The notes beneath the pieces are model-generated. The model made no database searches and was not told where the DNA came from. It saw only the letters and a program-made list of their open reading frames with translations. A program made the position numbers and the translations under genes. A stretch of DNA of 61,570 bases, the filler included. It is 6 parts of 6 records of this genome, joined end to end, with 100 filler letters (N's around TTAATTAATTAA, not from the genome) between each part and the next. Parts side by side here need not be neighbours in the genome. Positions count along the whole stretch, not along the records: positions 1 to 10,907 come from SRR31156797_11122; positions 11,008 to 19,659 come from SRR31156797_11124; positions 19,760 to 24,875 come from SRR31156797_11135; 3 more parts are not named here. One strand, 5' to 3'. Below, in pieces: positions 10,706-20,493 of this stretch; position 1 is the first letter of the stretch, and each line of letters opens with the position of its first letter.

Positions 10706-10907
10706 TGCAAAGGAGAATAACCGCCTTTCAAGGAATTTCCATAAGACTTTTATACCCGAAAGACGGTATCTGAAGGCCATATTGCAGTTTGCCTCAGCCG
10801 GAAAGAAAGGGGATATTCAAGCCATTGCCGAAGCAACGGGAATCCCTACGGGAAAGTCCAGCGGCAAAGTGATGCCGGCGATTGATTATTGCAGGGGAAT
10901 GGGATTG
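10698..10907 (+). CDS. 3'-truncated hypothetical protein, possibly SspB/DUF4007-like winged-helix N-terminus
   Basis: 8-bp overlap with the upstream gene; FHKTF...IAEATGIPTGKSSGKV...YCRGMGL HTH-like pattern; cut by the contig end. Confidence 0.45.
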
Positions 10908-11007
10908 NNNNNNNNNNNNNNNNNNNNNNNNNNNNNNNNNNNNNNNNNNNNTTAATTAATTAANNNNNNNNNNNNNNNNNNNNNNNNNNNNNNNNNNNNN
11001 NNNNNNN
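10908..11007. other. Artificial contig spacer
   Basis: N-run + TTAATTAATTAA + N-run, 100 bp, with an abrupt GC shift across it. Confidence 0.99.
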
Positions 11008-11012
11008 ACTCC

Positions 11013-12111
11013 TTATTTTTTTATCCATTTAAGATATTCATTAATAAAGCCATCAATATTTCCATCCATTACTGCCTGAACATTTCCAGATTCAAAGTTA
11101 GTTCTATGATCTTTTACCATTGTATATGGCTGGAATACATATGACCTAATTTGATTTCCCCAGGAAATTTCTGTTTGTTCACCTTTAAGTTTCTTTAGTT
11201 CTTCCTCTTTTTTCTTTAATTCAAGTTCAAAAAGTTTTGATTTAAGAACTTTCATAGCTGTTTCTCTATTTTTTAACTGCGATCTTTGTGTTTGACAAGT
11301 TACAACTGTATTAGTTGGAAGATGTGTTATTCTAACTGCTGAATCAGTCATATTAACGTGCTGCCCTCCAGCTCCACTAGCTCTATATGTATCAATTTTA
11401 AGATCTGCTTGATTAATATCAATTTGAATTGAATCATCTACTTCAGGAGCAACATCAACTGAAGCAAATGAAGTGTGTCTTCTTTTATTAGAATCAAAAG
11501 GCGATATCCTAACTAATCTATGAACACCTTTTTCACTTTTTAAATAACCAAATGCAAGATTTCCTTCAACCATAAAAGTAATTGATTTGTATCCTGCTCC
11601 TTCACCGGCAAGACTATCTAAAATACTCACTTTATATTTTTTAGATGTACACCATCTATCATAAAGCCTGAATAACATTTCAGCCCAATCACAGGCTTCT
11701 GTTCCTCCTGCTCCAGAATGAACTGTTACAATAGCATTATTACCATCATATTCATTATCAAGTAAAAGTGATATGTTAAACTCATCTGCTTCTTTTATTA
11801 ATTCAGCTGATTTTTCAGAAAGTTCATCTTCAAATTCAGTTTCACCATTTTCATAAAATTCTACTAATAGCTGAACCTCTTCACATTTCTCTTCTATTTT
11901 CTTAAAGCCTGCTACTGTATCTTTTAAACCATTCATCTCTTTTATCACTTTAGAACTTCTTTCTTTATCATTCCAAAAATCAGCTTCAAAAGTTTGAGTT
12001 TCCAGTTCTTTTATTTTTTCCTCTTTGGCACTAAGGTCAAAGATGCCTCCTGTTTTCATCAATTTGGGACGCTATCTCGTCTATTGACCTTTTTATTTCA
12101 AAAATATCCAT
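11013..12111 (-). CDS. prfB: Peptide chain release factor 2 (programmed +1 frameshift)
   Basis: SPF and GGQ motifs. True start ATG at 12111 (MDIFEIKRSIDEIASQIDENRRHL), followed by CTT-TGA-C at 12042-12036. Confidence 0.97.
12036..12051 (-). promoter_or_regulatory. prfB +1 ribosomal frameshift cassette
   Basis: Minus strand reads AGGAGG CAT CTT TGA C: an internal Shine-Dalgarno followed by the slippery CTT-TGA. Confidence 0.96.
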
Positions 12112-12137
12112 TTTTTGCACTCCTTGTTAATAAATTT

Positions 12138-13337
12138 TTATTTTGTAAAATTTTCAATTCTTAACATAATGTTTTCTGCATTTGACTTAATTGACAGTCT
12201 ATCTTCATCAATTATTGCTTCATCGTAATTTAAAGTATCAACAAAATTTTCATTATAGATTTCACCATTTAAATATCTGCTAACTACATCAAAATTATCT
12301 GTTAAAAGCAAAAATCTTCCTGCTCTAATAAAATATACTTTTCTAAATAATAAAGGAATCTCAAAATATTTGTATCCTAACTCCTCAACTATAGTTAACT
12401 CTTTATTATAAAATAGTGCTTCTTCAAATATTTGTTTGATAAACTCCTCTGTACTTTGGTAATCACCAAGTGTAGCTAAAATATACTCACTATTTTCTGT
12501 TGTTACTTCAACTGCAAGCTCCATATTGTTCTTCAAATACATATCTATCTTATTTTCATCAAATAACTTAAACTCAGGAATTGCTGCACTTACTGCTTTT
12601 TTTATAATTTCAGAATCAAGACCTATCTTTACTTGTGAATAATGTGCCGGAATATAATCAGTTAAGTCAAAATTCTTATACTCTCTTGCATTACCATCCA
12701 ACAGATAATCTTTTTTGATATACCCGCCACTTTTTAACTCATAATAAGCTTTAGCAAGTGAAATATACTCATCATCTATCAAGTCCTCTGTTTCAACATA
12801 ATATTTATAAACAGACGGAATTTCTTCAGTCATCATTTTTGCAAATTTTTCTTTTGAATTTAATACTTTTTTATCTTGTGAGTCAGATTCAGTCGTTAAG
12901 AAAAACAGAGTCATATCATTAGAAAAAATAAGTTGATTTTCGTCATATGCATAAATATACTGATCTTCTCCAATAGTATATTTTATTGCCAAACCATTCA
13001 TCTCTTCCGTTTCAAAGCCACTGTCAGGTAGATTCACCGTTTCATTTTCAAGTGCAATTAATACTAAAAATCTTTTTTGTAATCCTACTCTTTCAAAAAC
13101 AATACTATATTCTCTATTCTTTAATTGCTCATATAGATTTATACCTTTAAAAAATCTATATTCTTGAAGCACTTCTTTCAACTCATTTAAATCGCTGCTT
13201 TCTAAATCAAAAATATTTATCTCTTTTGAACTGAAATAAGTATCTGTTTCTTCATTAAATAAAGCAGCTCCAAAATTTTCCGCAAAAGAAAAACTACAAA
13301 TTATAGCAAATAGGAATATTAGTAAGTTTTTTCTCAT
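12138..13337 (-). CDS. Hypothetical exported protein
   Basis: 399 aa, signal peptide MRKNLLIFLFAIICSFSFA, AAGGAG RBS; no recognised domain. Confidence 0.8.
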   Translation of the reverse strand: MRKNLLIFLFAIICSFSFAENFGAALFNEETDTYFSSKEINIFDLESSDLNELKEVLQEYRFFKGINLYEQLKNREYSIVFERVGLQKRFLVLIALENETVNLPDSGFETEEMNGLAIKYTIGEDQYIYAYDENQLIFSNDMTLFFLTTESDSQDKKVLNSKEKFAKMMTEEIPSVYKYYVETEDLIDDEYISLAKAYYELKSGGYIKKDYLLDGNAREYKNFDLTDYIPAHYSQVKIGLDSEIIKKAVSAAIPEFKLFDENKIDMYLKNNMELAVEVTTENSEYILATLGDYQSTEEFIKQIFEEALFYNKELTIVEELGYKYFEIPLLFRKVYFIRAGRFLLLTDNFDVVSRYLNGEIYNENFVDTLNYDEAIIDEDRLSIKSNAENIMLRIENFTK

Positions 13338-13493
13338 ATTTATTATCTCCTTCTTAAAGTAATTATATTTAAAATTAACTATAAATGATTAATTATGCTA
13401 ATCTTTTAACACAATTAAATATCAAAGTACTAAAAATTATATCATATGGTATTTTATTTTTCAAATTAATAAAATTCTATATTTACTCTTATT

Positions 13494-13964
13494 CTACTCT
13501 ATTTCAGCTAAAACATCTTTTACTCTGTCAACATCCATTTTACTATAGTGGCTAGAGTTTACGTAAACATTAGGCCCTATTCCGCATTTAGCAAAGCAGT
13601 TTTGAGTATCAAGCCGTATTTTCCCGTCACTTGTTTTCTCTCCTGCAGATATTCCTAACTCTTTTTCAAACTCCTTAAGAATCTCTCTACTTCCTCTGCT
13701 ACTACATCTTGATCCAACACATACAGTTATTATAACAGCGTCTTCCTCTTCTCCCTTTAAATTTTCGGAATTTTTTATGCATTCCTGAATTGTATTTAAA
13801 GAAATCTCTGTTTTCTCTGCAACAAATTTTTGAATTTTTAAAGGAAGATAACCAAGCTCAGTTTGAGCAATATACAAAATATCATCTAATCTCTCTTTTT
13901 TATTAGTAATTCCTTGAATATAAAACTCTATTCTTTCATACATATCTTCTGTTATAATATACAT
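13494..13964 (-). CDS. NuoE/HydC-like [2Fe-2S] thioredoxin-fold protein
   Basis: N-terminal 'ILYIAQTELGYLP' helical domain plus CVGSRC...CFAKCGIGP 2Fe-2S motif. Confidence 0.85.
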   Translation of the reverse strand: MYIITEDMYERIEFYIQGITNKKERLDDILYIAQTELGYLPLKIQKFVAEKTEISLNTIQECIKNSENLKGEEEDAVIITVCVGSRCSSRGSREILKEFEKELGISAGEKTSDGKIRLDTQNCFAKCGIGPNVYVNSSHYSKMDVDRVKDVLAEIE

Positions 13965-13995
13965 TTTTCCCCCTATAGTAATCTAAGATTTTATA

Positions 13996-14367
13996 TTATT
14001 TTTTATATAAAATTGCTGTTGCAATAGCATTGTACTTACTATGAGATATCGACAACATAATGCTATATTCTTTATACATTTCTTCAAGATTGTTTTTCAA
14101 ACAAACATATGGTTTTCCTAATTCGTCATTTAAGATCTCTATATCACTTAGATTAAAATTTCTAATTCCGGTACCAAATGCTTTAGATACTGCTTCTTTA
14201 GCAGCAAATCTTCCTGCATATGAATTAAAAGGATTACTCTTCTTTTCAACTATTTCAATCTCTTTTTCAGAAAAAACTCTTTCTGTAAATCTTCTATTTT
14301 TCTCTATAGCTTTCTGTATTCTCTCTATCTCAATAATGTCATTTCCAAGACCTATAAGTTCCATCAT
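13996..14367 (-). CDS. acpS: Holo-ACP synthase
   Basis: GLGNDIIEIERI, RFAAKEAVSKAFGTG and SISH motifs. Confidence 0.95.
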   Translation of the reverse strand: MMELIGLGNDIIEIERIQKAIEKNRRFTERVFSEKEIEIVEKKSNPFNSYAGRFAAKEAVSKAFGTGIRNFNLSDIEILNDELGKPYVCLKNNLEEMYKEYSIMLSISHSKYNAIATAILYKK

Positions 14368-14372
14368 CACAC

Positions 14373-15188
14373 CTATGCTTTCTCAAATATATCAATATTC
14401 ACTTCTATCGTCAGATCAAGTTTATCAGTATTTTGTAACCTTTCTACACCCTCTCTCGGGCTTTTCCATTTATAAGGAGTCATATTAAAAAGATTCATAA
14501 TTGTTTCACTTGAGTTTAATTCTTTTTTATATTTCAGATTAACTGTTTCAACATGCTTAAACTGAGGTTTCATATCCTCTACAGGTGAGAAGTACTCCAT
14601 TTTAAGCTCATCATATACTACATCTTTCATCTCTACCAAGTGATCTTTTCCTGTTGAAACAATAATCAGTTTTCCGTCATCTTTTAAAATTCTCTCATTT
14701 TCTTCCGGTGCAAGCCTTGTAAACATACACAAAGCTACATCCTGACTCTTTTCAGGAACCGGTACTTCTACAGCACTTGCAACTACCCAATCTATTGTTT
14801 TATAAGTTCTTGCTGCAAATATTACAGCTTCTTTTGATATATCAAGTCCCAAAATATCAGCAGCAGGAACCTCTTCTTTAATTCTATTAGTATAATATCC
14901 CTCTCCACATCCGATATCAATTATACTAAAAGATTCTTTATTTTCACTTAATTCTTTAATTAACATATTTACTTTATCTGATATTCCCTGATAAAAACCT
15001 TGATTCAAAAAATCTCTTCTTGCTTGAATCATCTCTTTATCATCACCAGGTGCTTTACTATTTTTTTTATTTGCTAAAAGCAGATTAACATAACCTTGTT
15101 TTGCTTGGTCAAAGCAATGGTTATTTTTACATCTGTATGTTTTATTCTCTTTTTCTAATATTTCCTTACAAACAGGACAAGTTAACAT
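14373..15188 (-). CDS. 23S rRNA m1G methyltransferase, RlmA family
   Basis: CPVC...CKNNHCFD zinc finger, GYVNLL, DIGCGEGYY SAM motif, MTPY. Confidence 0.9.
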   Translation of the reverse strand: MLTCPVCKEILEKENKTYRCKNNHCFDQAKQGYVNLLLANKKNSKAPGDDKEMIQARRDFLNQGFYQGISDKVNMLIKELSENKESFSIIDIGCGEGYYTNRIKEEVPAADILGLDISKEAVIFAARTYKTIDWVVASAVEVPVPEKSQDVALCMFTRLAPEENERILKDDGKLIIVSTGKDHLVEMKDVVYDELKMEYFSPVEDMKPQFKHVETVNLKYKKELNSSETIMNLFNMTPYKWKSPREGVERLQNTDKLDLTIEVNIDIFEKA

Positions 15189-15204
15189 ATATTATTCCTC
15201 TATT

Positions 15205-15966
15205 CTATAAATTTATTTTATAAATTTCTTTTGCGTTTTTCGTTGTGATTCTTATTACATCTTCTACTGCCATCTCTTTAATCTCAGCCAATTTTTCTGC
15301 AACATACTTTACATATACAGGCTCATTTCTTTTCCCTCTGTATGGTGTCGGTGTCAAATATGGTGCATCAGTTTCAATAACTATTCTTTCTATTGGTATT
15401 TTCGCAAATGCTTCTTGAGTTTTTCTATTATTTTTGAAAGTAAGCACACCGTTAACTCCAAAATAATATCTGTCTATTAATAATTTAGCTGTTTCGTAAC
15501 TTCCGGGATAACAATGCATTATTCCCTCTATATCTTTATACTCTTTTAAAATATTAACAGTATCTTCCATTGCATCTCTTGTATGGATAACAACAGGTTT
15601 ATTCACCTCTCTTGCAATCTCCATCTGTTTTCTAAAACCTTCTGCTTGTACATCCTTAGGATCTTCCATCCAGTGATAATCAAGTCCTATCTCACCTACA
15701 GCTACTACTCTTTTCTCTTTTGCTAATTCTAAAATTTTAGCAGCATTTTCATCAGTAAATCCTTTTATATCAGTTGGGTGATAACCAACTGTTGCATAAA
15801 TAAAATCATACTCTTTTGCCTGCTCTACACTTTTAAGAGAACTTTTTAAGTCATAGCCTATATTTACCATAAACTCTAACTCATTTTCTGCTCTTTTTAA
15901 CACTTCATTTATATCATCTTTATATTTACTTCCATAAATATGACAATGCGTATCTACTAATTTCAT
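15205..15966 (-). CDS. tatD: TatD family hydrolase
   Basis: DTHCH, GEIGLDY, IHTR and ETDAPYL motifs. Confidence 0.95.
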   Translation of the reverse strand: MKLVDTHCHIYGSKYKDDINEVLKRAENELEFMVNIGYDLKSSLKSVEQAKEYDFIYATVGYHPTDIKGFTDENAAKILELAKEKRVVAVGEIGLDYHWMEDPKDVQAEGFRKQMEIAREVNKPVVIHTRDAMEDTVNILKEYKDIEGIMHCYPGSYETAKLLIDRYYFGVNGVLTFKNNRKTQEAFAKIPIERIVIETDAPYLTPTPYRGKRNEPVYVKYVAEKLAEIKEMAVEDVIRITTKNAKEIYKINL

Positions 15967-16206
15967 TTTCCCTCCAAAATCTATATAAATATCAATATAT
16001 TACTTTAATTTATAAATTATCCAAGTACTATTAAATTTTAACATTTTTCCCAATCTTGAACAAGATATTTTTTATAGTTTAGCCTTAATTTTTCTAATAT
16101 TCTTAACTGTTTTAAGTATAATTTTTTACTTCTAAAAAAATCATTCCCATGTTAGAATATACAAAATCAATGCTAAAAAAATACAAATCTTGTAGAAGGT
16201 GTAATT

Positions 16207-17874
16207 ATGAACAATAAAAAAATAAATATTACTCTATCTATTCTAACTTTTTTACTATTATTTATCATAAGTTTTTCAGCTGTTTATCTACTCAATCGAA
16301 ACACTAATAAACTTTTTTTAGATAAATCAAAAGTAGTCTCACTTGAATTTAATCTCGTAAACGGAAAAAAACGAAACCTTAAATATATTTTTCCAAGACC
16401 TGAGAATACTCCTATTTATGAAAGTATTTCTTATCTTTCTAAATCAGACTTAAAAAAAATAAACAAATATGATAAGAAAATAATAATTTATCGTTTCACA
16501 GGAAACTGGTACAAAGTTTATTTCAATGATACTTTAATTGGTTCAATGGGAGATACAAGAGAGAATAAAAGTGATATATGGAATAATTTTGGAGCTTATA
16601 ATATAGACGAAGGTTTAATCAAAGATAATAATGAAATTAAAATAATCTCATATAATGAATATGAGTTTGGATTACTGGGTTACCCTGTCATAATTACTTC
16701 TAATAAACAGGCAATAAAAATAGAGAACTGGGTTTATATGATTCTCTTCGGAGTAAATCTGGTAATCATGGGTACTTTAGTCATTACATTTATCATTCTC
16801 ATTATTTTATCAATGTTTGTTGATTATAAACTACATAAACTTGATTATAGTTATGTTTTTTATGCTTTTGCAATTTTAGTTATCGCTTTTACTATCATTG
16901 ATCATATACAGATGAATGTTATCGCATATTCACTGCTTAATTATAAGAAGTTTATAACCACTTGTTACTATATGAGTCCTGTACTAATCTCAATGGCTCT
17001 AGCAACCAGATTTAAGTCAAGGAGCTTTAAGATTACTTCAGCACTTCTGATTTTAGCAACTATGTATATTATCATTGTCCCAAAAGATGTAATCGAACTA
17101 AAAAAAACCTACGATATAACTAATTATTTGATTTTTATAACAATGTTCAGTTGGGTAAAAATAACACTTAGATATTTTAAACAATCACTTTATGCTAAAC
17201 TTATATTTTTCGGAACAGTCACTCATCTTGTATTTGGCGGATATGATATTATTAATTTTGCAACAGGAAATCCATTTAATAACCTTTATGCTTATGGTGT
17301 TTTTATTTTCTCAATTGCTATTATATGTTTAGTTATAAATGACATAGTCAAAATGATGGGAAATCTTGAATTTGAAAAAAAGAGATCTGAGATTTTATAT
17401 CAAAAATCTATAACTGATGGAATGACTAAAATCTATAACCATCAATATCTTCATAATGTCTTAAAGGAAACTGATAAAAGCTATTCTTTAATAATAGTTG
17501 ATATCGACGATTTTAAGCAAATTAATGATAAATACGGGCACCAAACCGGTGATGAAGTCATTAAAAGAGTTGCTACTATCTCTAAGAAAAATCTTTTTGC
17601 TTATGATATTGTCGGTAGATATGGCGGTGATGAGTTTATGATTATTATATTTAATAAAAATAAAAAAGAAGTATTTGAAATTGCTGAATTGATTAAGAAA
17701 AAAATCGAAACTCCTTTTACACACAAGGAGTATGAAATTAAAACCTCTATTTCAATGGGAATTTTCTCATCAGAAAACGAGGTTAATTACGAAAAAGTTA
17801 TGAGTTTAGCTGATAAAGGATTATATAAAGCTAAAAAGCTCGGGAAATCAAAAATTGTAGAATATAGTGAATAA
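16207..17874 (+). CDS. Membrane-bound diguanylate cyclase (extracytoplasmic domain + multi-TM + GGDEF)
   Basis: DIDDFKQIND.YGH and RYGGDEF; several TM helices; no RxxD I-site. Confidence 0.9.
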   Translation: MNNKKINITLSILTFLLLFIISFSAVYLLNRNTNKLFLDKSKVVSLEFNLVNGKKRNLKYIFPRPENTPIYESISYLSKSDLKKINKYDKKIIIYRFTGNWYKVYFNDTLIGSMGDTRENKSDIWNNFGAYNIDEGLIKDNNEIKIISYNEYEFGLLGYPVIITSNKQAIKIENWVYMILFGVNLVIMGTLVITFIILIILSMFVDYKLHKLDYSYVFYAFAILVIAFTIIDHIQMNVIAYSLLNYKKFITTCYYMSPVLISMALATRFKSRSFKITSALLILATMYIIIVPKDVIELKKTYDITNYLIFITMFSWVKITLRYFKQSLYAKLIFFGTVTHLVFGGYDIINFATGNPFNNLYAYGVFIFSIAIICLVINDIVKMMGNLEFEKKRSEILYQKSITDGMTKIYNHQYLHNVLKETDKSYSLIIVDIDDFKQINDKYGHQTGDEVIKRVATISKKNLFAYDIVGRYGGDEFMIIIFNKNKKEVFEIAELIKKKIETPFTHKEYEIKTSISMGIFSSENEVNYEKVMSLADKGLYKAKKLGKSKIVEYSE

Positions 17875-17877
17875 AAT

Positions 17878-17909
17878 AAAAAAATCTGCCAATTTAGGCA
17901 GATTTTTTT
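17878..17909. terminator. Bidirectional intrinsic terminator
   Basis: AAAAAAATCTGCC-loop-GGCAGATTTTTTT between convergent genes. Confidence 0.85.
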
Positions 17910-17914
17910 ATTAA

Positions 17915-18412
17915 TTATTTATTTAGATCTCTTTCTAACAGTTCTACAACGTTTTTAAAAACTTTTTCATTTTCTTCTGAAAGCCCCATTAAGGTTTTAT
18001 GCGCATCATATATATGCTTTGCTTTATCGTCTTTACTATCAAAATCTTTTGATTCAAGTTCACTTAATTCAACATCAGCTGAAATTTCAATATGTTTCAT
18101 TAAATTATAAACTCCAGTTGATTTTAAACTAGTTTTAACCATATTTGAAGAGTTCATTTCATATATAAATCTATTCCACTCTTTTTTTATTCTAATAGCT
18201 GTTTTGGCAATAAACCCAAGCATAGTACTATCCATATAGTTGCATCTTTCGAAATCAAATATTATCTCTTTTGCTTCTTTTTTAAATAACTCGCTAAAAA
18301 GGTCTTCCAGAGTTTTACTGTTTTTCATTGTGGCATTTCCAATAAATTTTACAAAAACTTTATCTTCAAATTCACCCACCAAAAATTTGTCTACTCTAGT
18401 TTCTTCGCTCAT
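17915..18412 (-). CDS. STAS-domain anti-sigma-factor antagonist
   Basis: YMDSTMLG STAS motif; start at 18412 (MSEETR) preceded by GGAGG. Confidence 0.85.
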   Translation of the reverse strand: MSEETRVDKFLVGEFEDKVFVKFIGNATMKNSKTLEDLFSELFKKEAKEIIFDFERCNYMDSTMLGFIAKTAIRIKKEWNRFIYEMNSSNMVKTSLKSTGVYNLMKHIEISADVELSELESKDFDSKDDKAKHIYDAHKTLMGLSEENEKVFKNVVELLERDLNK

Positions 18413-18606
18413 AATAAAAAACCTCCCAAGATATTTTCCTGCTGTTAAGCTTAATTTGATATAATATTTTCCCAAAATATAAGAAACTCTTTCACTAAAT
18501 TATAACATACTTTTCTGGCATTTCGAAATATATTTAAAAAAAATTACTCCCGTATTATATCATAGTTCAATTTTTTAAGTTTTTCAACTTAATTTGCTGT
18601 TATTAT

Positions 18607-19500
18607 CTATTTTCCAAAAAAAATATCAAAATCCTCTTTTTTATAGTCATAATCCGTCTTACAAAAATGACACTCAACATTTATAGTTTCTTGCTCACTA
18701 AGGATTTTTCCTATTTCATCTTTTCCTAAAGTTATTAATCCTCTATAAAATTTTTCTTTATTACAGTCACAATTATACTTAACTTCTTTTTCATCAAGAA
18801 TTTCATACTCTTCAATTAATCTTTCATGATTTTCATCATCCATATCTTCATAAATAAGTTTTGTAATTCTTTCTAAGTCCATTCCACCTTCTCTTAATTC
18901 AGTGAATGATTTTATTGCTTTTATTTTCTCTTCTAATTTAGTGATAAAAGAATCTTCTGCGTCAGGTAATAATTGAACTACATAACCTCCTGCATGTTTG
19001 ATATTTGCATCTTTATCTAAAAACACACCTAATGAAACAACTGAAGGAATTTGCTCAGATACAAAATAATAATATGCTAAATCTTCTGCAACTTCTCCCG
19101 TTTGAAGTTCAGATACTCCGACATATGGATCTTTTAAACCAACATCTTTGATAACTTTAAGTGATCCGTTTCCTATAAGTGTACCTACATCTAAATGTCC
19201 GTTTGCTTTGGCAGGAACATCTTCTTTACCATTTGCAATATATCCTTTTACGTTTCCTTTATTATCAGCAGTAACCAGCATCTGTCTTGCAGGTCCGTTT
19301 CCATCAAATCTTAAGCTTAACGAGCCATCTACTTTAAGATCAGCTCCCATAATTACAGCACCTGTTAATGCTCTACCTAATGCAGTAATTGCTGTAGGTG
19401 AGAACTCATGTCTTTTCTGTGCTTCTTTAACTATATCTGTTGTATCAACAATAAAAAATCTTGCGTTTTTACTAACACCTCTTATTAATCTTCCCATCAT
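18607..19500 (-). CDS. hslO: Hsp33 redox-regulated chaperone
   Basis: SEQIPS, AGGY..QLLP, CDC...ECHFC zinc motif. Confidence 0.95.
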   Translation of the reverse strand: MMGRLIRGVSKNARFFIVDTTDIVKEAQKRHEFSPTAITALGRALTGAVIMGADLKVDGSLSLRFDGNGPARQMLVTADNKGNVKGYIANGKEDVPAKANGHLDVGTLIGNGSLKVIKDVGLKDPYVGVSELQTGEVAEDLAYYYFVSEQIPSVVSLGVFLDKDANIKHAGGYVVQLLPDAEDSFITKLEEKIKAIKSFTELREGGMDLERITKLIYEDMDDENHERLIEEYEILDEKEVKYNCDCNKEKFYRGLITLGKDEIGKILSEQETINVECHFCKTDYDYKKEDFDIFFGK

Positions 19501-19629
19501 TCCTCCTATATTGTTAATTTTTTAAAATTAACACCTGTTAAATATAAAACTTTAATTATCTACAAAAAAAACAAACACCCAATCTCAAGTGCACTAAGCT
19601 TCTTGATAACAGGTGTTTAAACTCTTAAA

Positions 19630-19659
19630 TGGTACCGAGAGCGGGACTTGAACCCGCAA
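19630..19659 (-). tRNA. tRNA 3' fragment (probably Leu), cut by contig end
   Basis: Minus strand GCGGGTTCAAGTCCCGC-TCTCGGTA-CCA: T-arm, acceptor strand and CCA. Anticodon not visible. Confidence 0.8.
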
Positions 19660-19759
19660 NNNNNNNNNNNNNNNNNNNNNNNNNNNNNNNNNNNNNNNNN
19701 NNNTTAATTAATTAANNNNNNNNNNNNNNNNNNNNNNNNNNNNNNNNNNNNNNNNNNNN
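19660..19759. other. Artificial contig spacer
   Basis: N-run + TTAATTAATTAA + N-run. Confidence 0.99.
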
Positions 19760-20441
19760 AAGGGCAGGTGAACACAATGGTTTTGGCGCCCACCTCGGCC
19801 ACCTTTTGAAGGTTGTGGGCCTTCATCTCTTCCAGCTTTTCCGGCATCCCGGTACCCACAAGGGGAAAGCCGCAACACCATTCATCGCCGCCCAGGATGG
19901 TGAAATCCATGCCGGCCTTCCGCATAATCTTGACCATATTGGCGGGGATGTTCTGTACCAGAGGAAAAAAAGAGGCCACACATCCCACAAAGAACACCAC
20001 GTCGGCATGTTTTTTTTCCAAGGTGCCTTCGGGCAATTCCTTGATCAACTCCTGCCATTCATTGCGGTCTTCCGGGTCGTCGTCTGAAATATTGCGGGTT
20101 TTTTCAAGGGTTTTGACAAGCCGGTCCGCGATTTTAGGATAAAATCCCACGTCCACCTGGCACTCCCGGTTCTGAAAAATAAGATCCTTGGTTTGAACGC
20201 TGGAGAGGCAGACGGCGGTACAGGCGCCGCATCCCAGGCAGGTGAAAATGGATCGTTCCGTATCGTTGTCGAGCGGAAGTTTCCCCTCAATGGCAAACCG
20301 GGTGATGGCATTTCGCCCCCTGGGAGAGTAGGCTTCCTGTCCGGCTGTGTTGTAAGTGGGGCAGTTGGGCAGGCAGAAACCGCATTTATTGCATTTGGCC
20401 ACTTCGTCGTAGGATAGTTTTTTCAGTTGAACAATATTCAT
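19760..20441 (-). CDS. GlcF-like Fe-S/CCG-domain subunit, 3'-truncated
   Basis: Two CxxCxxCxxxC ferredoxin motifs plus FVGC and WCCG (CCG domain). Confidence 0.9.
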
Positions 20442-20493
20442 GGTGTCTTACCTCTTCTCGAATCTTTTATTCCGACTCCTGGCGTCTCGTCGT

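Noticed and set aside
12043-12062. ORF-track start of RF2 at 12062
   Set aside because: Out-of-frame artefact of the programmed frameshift; the real start is 12111.
19565-19620. Imperfect inverted repeat AAACACC...GGTGTTT downstream of the tRNA as a recombination site
   Set aside because: More simply a tRNA terminator-like hairpin; no integrase or foreign DNA is adjacent.
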